A stretch of DNA of 64,000 bases from Phoronis australis (Eukaryota; Animalia; Phoronida). Location of the stretch: positions 1,584,982 through 1,648,981 of the forward strand of contig NMRA01000010.1 in NCBI GenBank assembly GCA_002633005.1. Reading direction: 5' to 3'. The notes below the pieces were generated by a model. It was not told the origin of the DNA. It searched no databases and was given only the letters and a program-made list of their open reading frames with translations. Below, in pieces: positions 50,101 through 62,348 of this stretch (the stretch's first letter is position 1; every line of letters starts with the position of its first letter). Position numbers and translations under genes: made by a program.

Positions 50101-52381
50101 TGACAGATGTGTTTCCATAACAACATCTGCTTTTTTTCAGGGCTCCAGCATGTTCTGGGTCTGCTTGTGACAATGTATTTTGGTGTCACATCTTTTGCTT
50201 TCTCCTGCCAAGTGGTCGCTGTGAAATTTGACCAAGGTGTTTCTTTGGACTTAAACCTGGCTGACTGTTTTTAATTTCTGTTACATCCCATGGTGGCAGT
50301 TTTAATTTTTGCATTTGCCTCAGTTTATACCAAATTTGCAGGATCTTCATGAAATTTGGCATCTAAGATTTTATCCTGGAGAGAATGACACTTAACTATT
50401 TTGGAGAGTTTTGACTTGTGTGTGAAAAAAGAGCACCTCTTACACCAATTGTATCAAGGATACACACGGTGGGCATACAGCTCTTGCGCCAATTCCAGGT
50501 CGGAAACAAACCTTTGCCATGGGCCACATCTTTACCATCCCTACTCACACACCTTTACCATAATTTTCAGTTTAAGTGAAAACATTTCGTGACCCAGTCT
50601 CTATGCATTGTGCAAATTACACAATATAAAAATGTGTACATCATGATATGACGTTCTGATACTTTCTGGCGTTAGGACTACAAGAACTGCAACTAAACAT
50701 CGTGTAAAGTTACTTAATATTCTAATCCAAGACAAACCAGGATGCATACCTGGATAAACAATGTCTACAATGTTAGTCCTTAGATCTAACTAAGTGTCAC
50801 TTAGTGTTGTGACTGTGGCTGCAGTCATTTCTTGCATTGCTCTATTTTCCGTGATGAAAGAGTGCTCTGCGAGTGATTACTCAACCAAGGGCTTCATCGC
50901 TAACAGGTGGCGCTGAATGCAGTAACAAGTCATGTGCTTTACCACTCGCTGGATGGCTGAATACCCGGGATGTGATTTGACTACGTTTTGTCCAGAGGAT
51001 ACAGTTATGAAAAATCAGCAAAATCCTCAGTCTTCACTCATTCTCCATGAACTTAAATTGCGACCTATGCAACAGCTTGTCAATGTTAGACTTTATCGTA
51101 ACTGAATTAATCCCAGTGCTATAGCATTTAACTGGTGATTGATTGGAACGATATATGCTTCAAAACACTTGGTCCAAATTTCCGCTTCTAACCTTGACAA
51201 CATTTTTGATTGTGTGGTAACAAGAGTAAATTTTCACACTACCGTGGGAGCAAAGTTTGAAATTTTTGAAAAAATGCCCTAGCCTCCTTCTACAGACCTG
51301 TGCCAAAGAAAATGTGCAACTTCAAAGTGGGATTGGGTCTGCAACGAATCCTCAGCATAATCGCAAAGTGCAATAAATACAGTAACGTTGCTCTCTCAAT
51401 GTTTCACACAAATTGAGCCAGCCCTTTTTTGTGGTATATCGTAATAACAACAAGTCACATGACTAATAGGTACGAGAAGCGCCATCTGTTAGTGGTAAAG
51501 CCCCTGGTTGAGTCAGTACCTTTTTCCTGTGTGTGGTTTCAGTTAAGGTTCCGAGTTTTTGGCGCGTGGTAAATGTTTTGCTTCATAGCTAGAGCTCTGC
51601 GGCTCATATTAAGGGTTCATTTTCTTGCCTGTATACAGTCTCGAAAGGTAACTTATTAATTGTAATTGCAATGTGTGATAATTTAATGATAAGCCAGTTT
51701 TTATTTTGGTTACAGAATTATAGTTCCAAGTACGTATCATCACTGAGAAAGTTCTGGTCTGATGAAGAGAGTGAGAAGTTGTTTTTGGCTGTCAAGCACT
51801 GTGGTAAGTCATGCTCAAATATCATCTGCAATGCTGGCTTTATAGGGTGAAGGAGCTAATCATGAGATGCGTCTCATAGTAACTTGGTTATGAATTCACA
51901 TCCTATGACAGTGTGGGTGGAATAGGTGGCCCTTTGGACTTAGTACTCAGCTGCTGCTGTGCCACCGAGTGTAATTTGTCTTAGGGTTTGTTTTTAAAAT
52001 ACATAGCCACGTGACCTAATTAGAGGCATGTTGGTAAGAAGTCAAAACTCAAATTCCACTGTCTTTCTATTTTCAGAAAGTGTTAAATTTATTGTTTTTT
52101 TAGATATTTGGCCAAATGCATGCACATACTTGTGGATAAGGTTCTACTTATCCATAAATAGTGCCAACTTGAAGTTTTCTATTATTTCTGCATGTGGTTG
52201 ATCTTGTTATGTCATATTTCTAAATAATTTCTTATCATTCTTTTCAGGTAACAACTGGGCAAAAATTAAAGAAGACTACCGCTTTCACCTGAGAACAAAT
52301 GTCAATCTTAAAGATAGGTGGCGCAGCATGCAGAAGTTGCCGATATATAAACAACTCCTCAAGAAACATGGAAAACCGTAA
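32160..52381 (+). CDS. TERF1/TERF2: Telomeric repeat-binding factor (TRFH dimerisation domain + telobox Myb), ~415 aa; co-orthologue of vertebrate TRF1/TRF2
   Basis: Exons: 32160-32301, 33557-33665, 34203-34344, 36035-36127, 39998-40159 (duplicate 37535-37696), 42428-42509 (duplicate 38353-38434), 43495-43579, 45058-45151, 45687-45729, 47741-47814, 51716-51803, 52248-52381(TAA); total 1248 nt, in frame. TRFH-like segments: ANIWLFDFLC, LCQLADG, KTSMEWAL, IRVQAVATSCQTGHFSCAGEVFDKVF, LLSKIISSED..FLQNQTYEAFLEEVK..PFIVH. Telobox: RKFWSDEESEKLFLAVKHCG-NNWAKIKEDYRFHLRTNVNLKDRWRSM. The linker exons (esp. 47741-47814) rest on splice signals and phase only. Confidence 0.88.
36130..36325. repeat. Short degenerate tandem repeat (~53 bp, 3-4 copies)
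   Basis: GTTCATTTGTTCAACTA..GTATGTGTGA..GTAGTTTTGAACAGTCAAT repeats. Confidence 0.6.
36675..36775. repeat. ~31-bp tandem repeat, 3 copies
   Basis: AATATTTCTTAGACTTAG..ATAATGAG repeats. Confidence 0.6.
40480..42030 (-). pseudogene. Probable decayed TTF1/DMTF1(Reb1)-like Myb-domain pseudogene nested antisense in a TERF intron
   Basis: Minus-strand peptide fragments, broken by stops and frameshifts, occur in the order expected for TTF-I: GTKLR-KTKWQVEDTYML; YENNKNRKSWT..KQLHLVKKEGVHE; GRKLFVQCV; KYKWRS; NWSLI..NFEKDFEKFL. Alignment was by eye only. Confidence 0.38.
41345..41482. repeat. ~48-bp tandem repeat, 3 copies
   Basis: GTTTCCAA..TTGATTCCTGGG..GCCAACTG..ACA(G/A)ATTGTAA repeats. Confidence 0.6.
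46921..47322. mobile_element. MITE with ~29-bp terminal inverted repeats
   Basis: The left end GACCCGGAATCTAATCTTTCTACTCGAAA matches the reverse complement of the right end, GGTCCCAGTTTCTAATCTTTTTACTCGAAA. Confidence 0.7.
48190..50360. repeat. Degenerate tandem array (~140-bp subunits, ~420-bp higher-order unit)
   Basis: GCCCCCTAGTGGCA-like and TTTTCATAAAATTTGGCA motifs recur. ACTACCGGTGTG occurs at ~48511, ~48953 and ~49366. Confidence 0.8.
50880..51512. mobile_element. MITE with ~35-bp terminal inverted repeats
   Basis: The left end CTCAACCAAGGGCTTCATCGCTAACAGGTGGCGCT matches the reverse complement of the right end, CTCAACCAGGGGCTTTACCACTAACAGATGGCGCT. Confidence 0.7.
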
Positions 52382-52421
52382 TTGTAACTGTCGTGCAATA
52401 CGTTATTGAGTGGTTGGATAA

Positions 52422-53372
52422 GCAGACTTTGATTATGCAAGTGTCTAGCTTGTTGTCAAACCATGTAATTAGCATGAGAATGTTTTGTAATAAACAGTTT
52501 AAACATATGCTTGTTTTGGTAAAGGGTTACTGTATATATTCCGTGTTAAGTTTGACGAAAGTGTGACCTGTGCTAATGGATTGTCGAACAGTTTCTTTAT
52601 AGTCGGTGGGCCAGATCTCATAGCGTTCATCCTTGTGAGTACTTTGGTGGGGCAACCTAGTTTTTTCTATGTGGCTAGATAATATACCTATAAATCAAAT
52701 TCTAAAAAGTTCCCACGTCTACACTTGCACATTTTTTTTAAAAAAGGCGTTTTTGTTGCACAAAATATGATGCACATTCCTGCCATTGATGGCGCTTTTC
52801 TATTGAATTGACCAATCAGAGAGCCAGATTGTATTGTTGTGCTTTGTCAGACGATAGTCTGTGTGGGTTTGTTTAAAAGGTAGCTATGCTTTGAAGTTGT
52901 GCGTAGATGGAGAGTGAATAATCAAATCCAGTAATTAATTTATTATATGATAACCCCTAATTAGACAAATGAAACCTATTGTTAATTAAGTAATCAACTA
53001 CAAAGAGAAACTACGCTAGCGCCCTCTTTAAAGATTACTTTAATCAAACTACCAAACGATCAAATGTCTTATCTGCTATCCAAGCTAGGACTCTCCACTT
53101 GTTGGATGTCTGTCCTGTTGGGGAATCTTCGAACTACACACACTGTATAGCGACAGTGTACTTGTTGGTCACCGTCTCTGGTGATGCAACACTTGCAGGN
53201 GCAGACTTTGATTATGCAAGTGTCTAGCTTGTTGTCAAACCATGTAATTAGCATGAGAATGTTTTGTAATAAACAGTTTAAACAAAGCTTGTTTTGGTAA
53301 AGGGTTACTGTATATATTCCGTGTTTGATGAAAGTGTGACCTGTGCTAATGGATTGTCGAACAGTTTCTTTA
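52422..53372. repeat. Duplication of a TERF 3'UTR segment (52422-52599 / 53201-53372) across a single N
   Basis: Near-identical sequence restarts immediately after the N at 53200. Confidence 0.85.
52489..52494 (+). promoter_or_regulatory. Probable TERF polyadenylation signal
   Basis: AATAAA lies 108 nt after the stop codon and is followed by a T/GT-rich tract. Confidence 0.5.
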
Positions 53373-53763
53373 CTTTGTGATAAATAGTAATGAAACTGCA
53401 AAAGTCGTTGATAAGTTTCATCATTTTAACAAAACAACCAAGGTCAATGCTTAATTGAGCCTCACCAATGCTTAATTAAGCCTCACCAACTTTAAAAATA
53501 CAACCAAAGTCGATGCTTAATTAAGCCTCACAAACTTTAACAACAGGTCAGTCCTGAGCACTTGAGGGATTGGAACCTAAGGCTTTTGATGTTGTGCGTC
53601 CCTTTTCTTGGACTGTGAGGTTGAAATGCACCAATTACTATCATGTGCAAAAGGTGCAAATGAAAGAAAAAAGTTACTATTGATGAGAATTGTAAGTGCT
53701 GCTCCTTTGTTGGGAAATCCCAGTCTTCCCATTTAGACTTGCTGAGTCACATTAATGGGATGA

Positions 53764-56700
53764 CTTGGTTCTTGTCCATTAACCAACTATAGACCCATTA
53801 GCTAACTGATGTAATTCCTCCAATCAATCAGTTTGGAATATTGAGCCTCTAATGCCGAATCCAAGTACTAAACATTCTGCTACATTTTTTAAAATGCAAA
53901 AATACCGGTTTATTTTACAATTATTATAGTGGTGTTTGATTGATGCATTGTGCTGAGTTGCTCCAAAGCCATTGTGAAGGAGCCAATGGATGATTCAGAA
54001 GTCTCAATTGAGCTAGTTTCAAGCCAATTAAAGCGCTTGAGCGCGTGTAAACATAACAATAGCACATATATTTGTCTCGCAAACGTTGGCTGTGGTCAGA
54101 AGAGTAAAGATGGTTTGCTGATAAACAGATCAAGGGGCGAGAAAAGTGCTTATCGCTGTCTTGGTATAGGGTGACCGTATGTCTGGATGAACAAGGTCAA
54201 AGTGAAAGAAATTCACCTTCCTAACATTTCGCAAATATTCATTTTATTGTCTTCAAACAATACTATATCATGTGAATTAGCTTGTGGTACATATAGCACG
54301 TGCGTGCATGATTTATCGCAAACGTGGCGTTGGCGTCGTCAATCATCCATAACTTTTTTTTATTTCCAACATTAGACCACAGGTGGACACTGGTGTATAA
54401 TGCGAGTTAACAACAAGGTTTTGTCTCATGACCGATTGCGCCCCTTAAGGCTTTTTAAAATTAATAAGTAGTAATCATTTTCGTGAAAGACGGTCACGGT
54501 AACGCTGTTCAAACATAATATAATGGACAAAGAAAGACGAAAATAAACCCCTAGGAGCTACATGTTATGCCCTCGCTTTCCGATTCACTCATCTACAACG
54601 ATTTCCGCTCGAACATGATTGTGAACGCAAAAAAGATATACAAGGCTTAAACTAAATTTCAGTTTGTTTCCACGCAGTTACGCGACCGTTTGATTACTAC
54701 GAGTGCGAGTTAAAACTTCTGGATGTAATCTAGCAAAAGAATCCTTGTCGTAACCGATGCGATACCCGTAATCAGTGGTGTAGTGGGGCGTAGGCGCACG
54801 TAGGCGCACGTTGGTGCACGTTGGTGCAGCCACCCACCTTTTATCACCTACGCACCGCACGTGACGTTGTAGCGCGAATTCAATGAACTTTAAAAATTCA
54901 GTGCTCAAGGTGATACGGTGGGCACCGGGAGCCTACTTACCTCTAATTTTACCACTACAGCACTGCGGCGTAATTAGCTTGCACTTTATCGATTGTGAAA
55001 TGCAAAGTATTTTCTGCGAAATCAGACTTTTGTTTTTGTTACTTGAGCATAGGCCTATACAAGCATTTTTGTATAAAACAGTTCACCTATTGACCAGTCT
55101 ACTCGTAGCAACCTACCTAACAATTAAACCTAGCTATCCTCCCAAATCTCCGTAACTACCTTCTCCAATCCTACATTTCTACTTACCCGGGTACTCACGT
55201 AGTTGAGGGCTTAGAATTTTCCTCGTTTAAGGGTATTTCCTCCTTTCTTGTTTCGATTTCCCCTTATTTGATTTCCAGTTTCTTCCTTTGTCGCCTCTTT
55301 TTATCATTGTTTTAACTTTATTCATACAAAAACGTTTATTTCGCTTGAATTTTACAACAAAAAATATTTCTATTACACGAACCTATTTATTTGTGGAACC
55401 TGGAAAATTTTCCTCATTTTTTCATGGGCTATAACAAGTTCTGCTAGTTACCTGGCAACCCACACACCTACAACCTTGGTATAGCACATGAGCAAAAGTA
55501 CTACGCTTTATGTGCATGTGATGTTCGGAAGTGTGGTCATCGCTCGAGGACAGGGAAAGAGGTTGGAAAAGGTGACGCTTTATGACGGGGAGGGGGAGTT
55601 AGACTCATGGTAACGTCATCATTGTGGTTCATTAGAATATCTTCATCACATTACGATTTGATAGTTGAAACTGCCTACTTGGCATTGCAGAATACAACTG
55701 CGGCAAATGGAATTGACAATTATAGAGACACATTAGTTTGTCATTAGAATCATAAAGTCGGGATCTCCAATGAAATGTCGGTTCTTCCAAAAACCGGGTT
55801 GATTGTGATGACGTAATTAGAGGCTGGGCAAGGTGGGTGTTTATATCATGATGACTGAGGGGGCAAAATTTTGTAGACGTAATATGTGAACACTACATTG
55901 GTGATTTGGCGGAAATTCTATGAAACTGACAGCTGTCATATTTTCCGCTTGTGCTAAGGATGTCTAGCACGTTGATAACAAACAATTACACAACTAAAAA
56001 TGGAAAGCTGANGACACTGCTTGCGCTAAGGGATAATCCTATGGCGTTATACTGTGGGTGTGATTTTAAAGCACTTTAAGTCAAAAATTTTTGAGATGGT
56101 TAAATGGAGTAGATGGTTGCAAACAACATGCCCAAGTGGCCGTCATCCCCTCCTGTAGTCTCATTTTTTGTAAACATCAATTACTTAGGTAGCTGCAATG
56201 ATAATTAAATTAAAGTGCCTAAGTGGCCATCGTCGCCGTCGAAATTTGTAAGCCACTGTCCATTTCGTCAAACATCGATTACCTTAAGTGTAAATCGATT
56301 GACTATGGTTTGAGCATCTGATTTAAAAAAAATAAATTCAATCACTGCACTGGTATATCAGCTGATTTATTTTCAGTTGCATCAACTGATCTAATTATTA
56401 GTCGATCAACATTATTAGGCTACAGGTCAGACGGCATGTAAATTTGTTAGGCTGGTGGTGGATCAGTTCCTGATAAGTCCGTCTGAAAAAGTTGCATGCC
56501 AAATCACTCATAGTTGAATGTTAAATCAGTGTTAACAGTTCGGGTTTTTTTCAGTTGGACTTGTATCGCAAGCAACAGCTCAGTCCAGAGCCCTCATGCT
56601 AATGAAATTCAAAGATAAAGACCTTGTGTCTTAGAAACCAAGTACCACAGATCATCATGCTATAAAAATAGAAAGACAACGATTGTGAAGAGTGACGAAT

Positions 56701-59161
56701 TCACAGTTTTCAGAGAATCTGGTGTTTTTCTACAGTTTTGTTTGGAGTTCATTGAATCGAAGCTTCTAACACAAGGAGATGTCATTTGCCTTTCAAAACT
56801 AAAGCAAGACTTTGAAGCTTGGCTCTTGTCCATTAACCAACTATAGACCCCTTAGCTAACTGATGTAATTCCTCCAATCAATCAGTTTGGAATATTGAGC
56901 CTCTAATGCCGCATCCAAGTACTGAACATTCTGCTACATTTTTTAAAATGCAAAAATACCGGTTTATTTTACAATTATAGTGGTGTTTGATTGATGCATT
57001 GTGCTGAGTTGCTCCAAAGCCATTGTGAAGGAGCCAATGGATGGTTCGGAAGTCTCAATTGAGCTAGTTTCAAGCCAATTAGAGCGCATGAGCGCGTGTA
57101 AACATAACAGTAGTACATATATTTGTCTCGCAAACGTTGGCTGTGGTCAGAAGAGTAAAGATGGTTTGCTGATAAACAGATCAAGGGCAATGAAAAAAGG
57201 GGCGAGAAAAGTGCTTATCGCTGTCTTGGTATAGGGTGACCGTATGTCTGGATGAACAAGGTCAAAGTGAAAGAAATTCACCTTCCTAACATTTCGCAAA
57301 TATTCATTTTATTGTCTTCAAACAATAGTATATCATGTGAATTAGCTTGTGGTACATATAGCACGTGCGTGCATGGTTTATCGCAAACGTGGCGTTGGCG
57401 TCGTCAATCATTCATAACTTTTTTTTTATTTCCAACATTAGACCACAGGTGGACACTAGTGTATAATGCGAGTTAACAACAACGTTTTGTCTCTTGACCG
57501 ATTGCGCCCCTTAAGGCTTTTTAAAATTAATAAGTAGTAATCATTTTCGTGAAAGACGGTCACGGTTACGCTGTTCAAACATAATATAATGGACAAAGAA
57601 AGACGAAAATAAACCCCTAGGAGCTACATGTTATGCCCTCGCTTTCCGATTCACTCATCTACAACGATTTCCGCTCGAACATGATTGTGAACGCAAAAAG
57701 ATATACAAGGCTTAAACTAAATTTCAGTTTGTTTCCATGCAGTTACGCGACCGTTTGATTACCACGAGTGCGAGTAAAAACTTCTGGATGTAATCTAGCA
57801 AAAGAATCCTTGTCGTAACCGATGCGATACCCGTAATCAGTGGTGTAATGGGGCGTAGGCGCACGTTGGCGCACGTTGGCGCACGTTGGCGCAGCCACCC
57901 ACCTTTTATCACCTACGCACCGTACGTGACGTTGTAGCGCGAATTCAATGAACTTTAAAAATTCAGTGCTCAAGGTGATACGGTGGGCACCGGGAGCCTA
58001 CTTACCTCTAATTTTATTACTACAGCACTGCGGCGTACATGTAATTAGCTTGCACTGTATCGATTGTGAAATGCAAAGTATTTTTCTGCGAAATACTTTT
58101 GTTTTTGTAACTTGAGCATAGACCTATACATGCATTTTTGTATAAAACAGTTCACGTATTAACCAGTCTACTCGTAGCCACCTACCTAACAATTAAACCT
58201 AGCTACATGTATCCATCCATCCATTTACCCACCCAACTGCATGTACTCACTCACGCACCCAGCTACCTCTCAAATCTCCGTAACTACCTTCTCCAACCCT
58301 ACATTTCTACCTACCCGGGTATTCACGTAGTTGAGGGCTTAGAATTTTCCTCGTTTAAGGGTATTTCCTCCTTTTTTGTTTCGATTTTCCCTTATTTGAT
58401 TTCCAGTTTCTTGCTTTTTCGTCTCTTTTTATCATTGTTTTAACTTTATTCATGCAAAAACGTTTATTTCGCTTGAATTTTACAATAAAAAATATTTCTA
58501 TCACACGATCCTATTTATTTGTGGAACCTGGAAAATTTTCCTCATTTTGTCATGGGCTATAACAAGCTCTGCTAGTTACCTGGCAACCCACGCACCTACA
58601 ACCTTGGTATAGCAGATGAGGTGATAGTAGAGTGAGGAAAGGCAAAAGTACTACGCTTTATGTGCATGTGATGTTCGGGAGTGTGGTCATCGCTCGAGGA
58701 CAGGGAAAGAGGTTGGAAAAGGTGACGCTTTATGACGGGGAGGGGGAGTTAGACTCATGGTAACGTCATCATTGTGGTTCATTAGAATATCTTCATCACA
58801 TTACGATTTGATAGTTGAAACTGCCTACTTGGCTTTGCAGAATACAACTGCGGCAAATGGAATTGACAGTTATAGAGACACATTAGTTTGACATTAGAAT
58901 CATAAAGTCGGGATCTCCAATGAAATGTCGGTTCTTCCAAAAACCGGGTTGATTGTGATGACGTAATTAGAGGCTGGGCAAGGTGGGTGTTTATATCATG
59001 ATGACTGAGGGGGCAAAATTTGGTAGACGTAATATGTGAACACTACATTGGTGATTTGGCGGAAATTCTATGAAACTGACAGCTGTCATATTTTCCGCTT
59101 GTGCTAAGGATGTCTAGCACGTTGATAACAAACAATTACACAACTAAAAATGGAAAGCTGA
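53764..59161. repeat. Near-identical 2.3-kb duplication (53764-56011 / 56818-59161) flanking a single N at 56012
   Basis: Colinear copies differ by SNPs and small indels. The first copy ends exactly at the N. Confidence 0.9.
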
Positions 59162-61957
59162 GCTGAAAGAAGAAGACATAATGCACCTTTCATATAACCA
59201 AGACATTCATATTACTTGGAATTCGCTTCCAAAAACATGCTGAAGATTCTAAAACACTTAGCTTGAAACTGGACCGGGTGTTGAATTTGGGATCGGTTAC
59301 CAAAAAGCCTTTCTTAACACGGTGCAATTAATTAGGCATGTCTGTTTTCACAAATTTAATGACCATGATGTCAACACCTAGGAAGCTAAATGACATACAG
59401 AAATCATTCGATGACTTAACACTTTCTTCTGCTTGTATGTCATTATCTTGAGTTACTGATGCCACACGAATGCTACATGTATTTTGGGAAGTCACTTCTG
59501 CCGCGTTTACTGAGATGCTGAATTTTGTGACAAGATAGACAGTAAGTTTGAGAATCCGGACAGACGCATACGATCACAATGGGCTAACAGAGCTTAATCA
59601 CAAATCACGTCATTGGCCCACAAACTCCTTGTATTCAATGAACATTTGGCGCTTCATAGGCGTCAGCGTTGCTCGGCTAAATAACGCGAAAATATACCGT
59701 TTTTCTACAGTAATTGAAAGATTTGTTACTGAAGAAGTCATTTCTTGCTTGTTGACTAACTATGGGACATTTAAGAATCGGGTTTGTGAGATTTTCTTTT
59801 AAAAAAATGGCCGATCAATGCTGGATAACCGGTGGGCGGAGGTTATCGGCAATATTCTTAAGATTTGCAATCGCCGATTCGTGAAACGACTTCTATTGAT
59901 ATCCTTGCTCCAATCAAAAATCCGTCCACAGATTTTAAAGTATACGCAAAATGTCAGGAAAAAAATAAAATCCTCGCGTGCTACCGAAGACAGGAATAGG
60001 GCCAGATCTACTGGGCAGTTGGGTCACTGTGGTATTGCCCAAGCCACTGGCGGTGGTAGTTCTTCCACCTGCCTTCAAATTTCAATGTACAACGAATGAC
60101 TCATCGAACGAAACATGCATGTATTCGCAATGAGTTGTAACACAGACCAGGATTCTGAAGACAATTTTGTTAATGTAGTTTTAACATATCCATGAAATTC
60201 TGTTGAGTTTTACTAGCGCTTCTCTCTCCCGGCTGCCAGTTTGAGCAAAGAACTCTTGTCCGTCTAGAATGCCAACTGCTTTCAGCCGCTGAGGTTACGC
60301 CGCGCATGCGTGAAAGTTGATTGCATTCGTTGGACTGAGACCACAGTCCCAGTGGCTGGTCATGACCTTTTCCATATGATTGACCTGGTTTAATCAAAGC
60401 CTTTGTTTGCGCAATTGTCGCTGCACCTGAAATTAGGCATTACTGACAGAAAGTGCACTCTTATTATATGGGGTTTCTCAGTGGAGAAATTCAACGAATG
60501 TCTTCTTTCCTTGCCGTGAAAAAATCGAGATGCTAGAAATGATCAAAAATTCCGATTTTGGCCACTTTAAGGGGTGGATCCAGGATTTTTAGTTATGGGG
60601 GAAGGGCAGGGTATTAGCCAGGATTTTGCCAGTCAGACATTCGCTCCCCCAAACTGCCAAATGCAATTTGGGAGACTTTTAGGGGGGCCACCACAGTTAA
60701 CCAGTCATCATTGCTTCGAAGAAAATCGCATACCAGTATTTTTCATGTATTTTTTAAATATTTATTAAGTGTTAGAATTAGGAGTATTCCGTCACTGCTA
60801 TTTTCATCAATTTTACTCCCGGACATTTTAAAAATTCATGAAAACTGATAACGAAGCTTGTAAATACGAAACTTGGTACAATATATATCAAGAAATGTCT
60901 GAAATTTGTACGTTTTAAAGGAGAATAACACCCAAAAAACAACCTATTTTGTATCAATTTAGATCGAGTAGTTCCACCCGATAACAGCAACTAGTACAGT
61001 TCCTTTACCTGACACCTGACGGCAGACGGAGGTGACAAAATTAACCAATGACGTCAGAGGTTCGAATGCGGTCTGCTCAGCAGTTTACAACACGCTTACT
61101 GGTGTCAGCTTATCGCTTGAATTCCTCATTTTACACCAATTAATTATCAAAATACACCAAGTTCTTGAACAAAGGGGTTGTTTTATTTCGCTGTTACGAA
61201 TTTATAGGTATTTGGACACACCGTAGCCTACAAAGTTCGGCAGGCCAATTTACCAAGGTCCGTAGCTGGAGTTTGGGGTCTGTTGGGAGATAAATTTGGA
61301 ATATTCTTCCGTGATATACAGACAGGATAACCTAGATCTGTGTTGTTTAGACTTGTGATTTTTTGAGTTCTAAACACACAAAACGCTTGTTATCCCGGCC
61401 AGTGGCTCGGAACCCGATCAGGCCTGTCGAGGCCGGACTGAATACATCACGAACATAAACCAGCCAAAGTTGTAAACTGAACTTCCAATCAAGAAAATAC
61501 TATACTAGTCAGCCAAAGAAGTAATGTGCACGTGATTATGTTGGTGAATTAGCCACGAAACTTCAAATCTACTTACTCGTCGGGGGCCGCAATTTACGTT
61601 CCTTTTGGCCACAGAACCGTTAGGGCAGAAGTTGTACATTGACAATCACTATTTTAATAATGTATAGGTAAATAAAGATTCCCCTAACACCTGACTGTGG
61701 GATAGAAAATCACAATACTTTCTGTCAGCAAACACTGAATTAGCATGAGCTCACACAGTCATTTAGTTTTATTGTACATAAAGCCGGTAACGCAGTGATT
61801 TATTCATTGCTGGCTTCTCTCATTTGCACTCACGAACACTCCAAAGACATTAAAAATTGCATCTAATGAGACAGACTTTGTTTCAGTTTATATAAGTATT
61901 TAGGTTAGGATGAGAATAATTCATTTTGAAACAGAAAACTCACTAATAAACGTCAAA

Positions 61958-62160
61958 AGGGCAACTAGCAATCCCGACTTAGACGAGAGCTCATCCGACA
62001 AAGACTTCACAGGTGGATCGTTAACTTTCACAGGCTATCAGTTCGAACCGGAGTACAGTGATGAAGAAATACTAGAGAGGCATCGTGAACAAGCTCAGGC
62101 AACGGAACGTATGGATAGTTATTTGGTAAGCCGACATTCGTCAGACTCAGTGTCGACGAC
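61958..62160 (+). pseudogene. N-terminal remnant of a KolX / P2X7-C-terminus-like accessory protein
   Basis: ATSNPDLDESSSD..GYQFEPEYSDEEILER. The likely start codon reads AGG (CAAAAGGGCA) and the downstream Cys cluster is absent. Confidence 0.5.
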
Positions 62161-62348
62161 TGCAGGCCACAGACACGGAGATGTTTCACGGCCTCATACT
62201 TGCTATCTACAGCGTACTTTTCATTCTTCACTACCGTGAGCCACTTCCTAAGCATTTCGGACTCTTGAGGAAGTCGAAAAAATAACGATATACCCGCTTT
62301 CCTCGCACCTGCATAGATCCGGCAAGCGGGAACAATGCACCGCCTCAT
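62160..62348 (-). pseudogene. Truncated THAP domain (transposase N-terminus)
   Basis: MRRCIVPAC..ISLFFRLP..LRKWL..LRVCGL matches THAP C2CH signatures, but the sequence breaks at the position of the final His. Confidence 0.75.

Noticed and set aside
59200-60560. Possible additional gene (several 70-90 aa ORFs, CpG-richer DNA)
   Set aside because: I found no recognisable domain or consistent exon chain by eye, so it is left uncalled.
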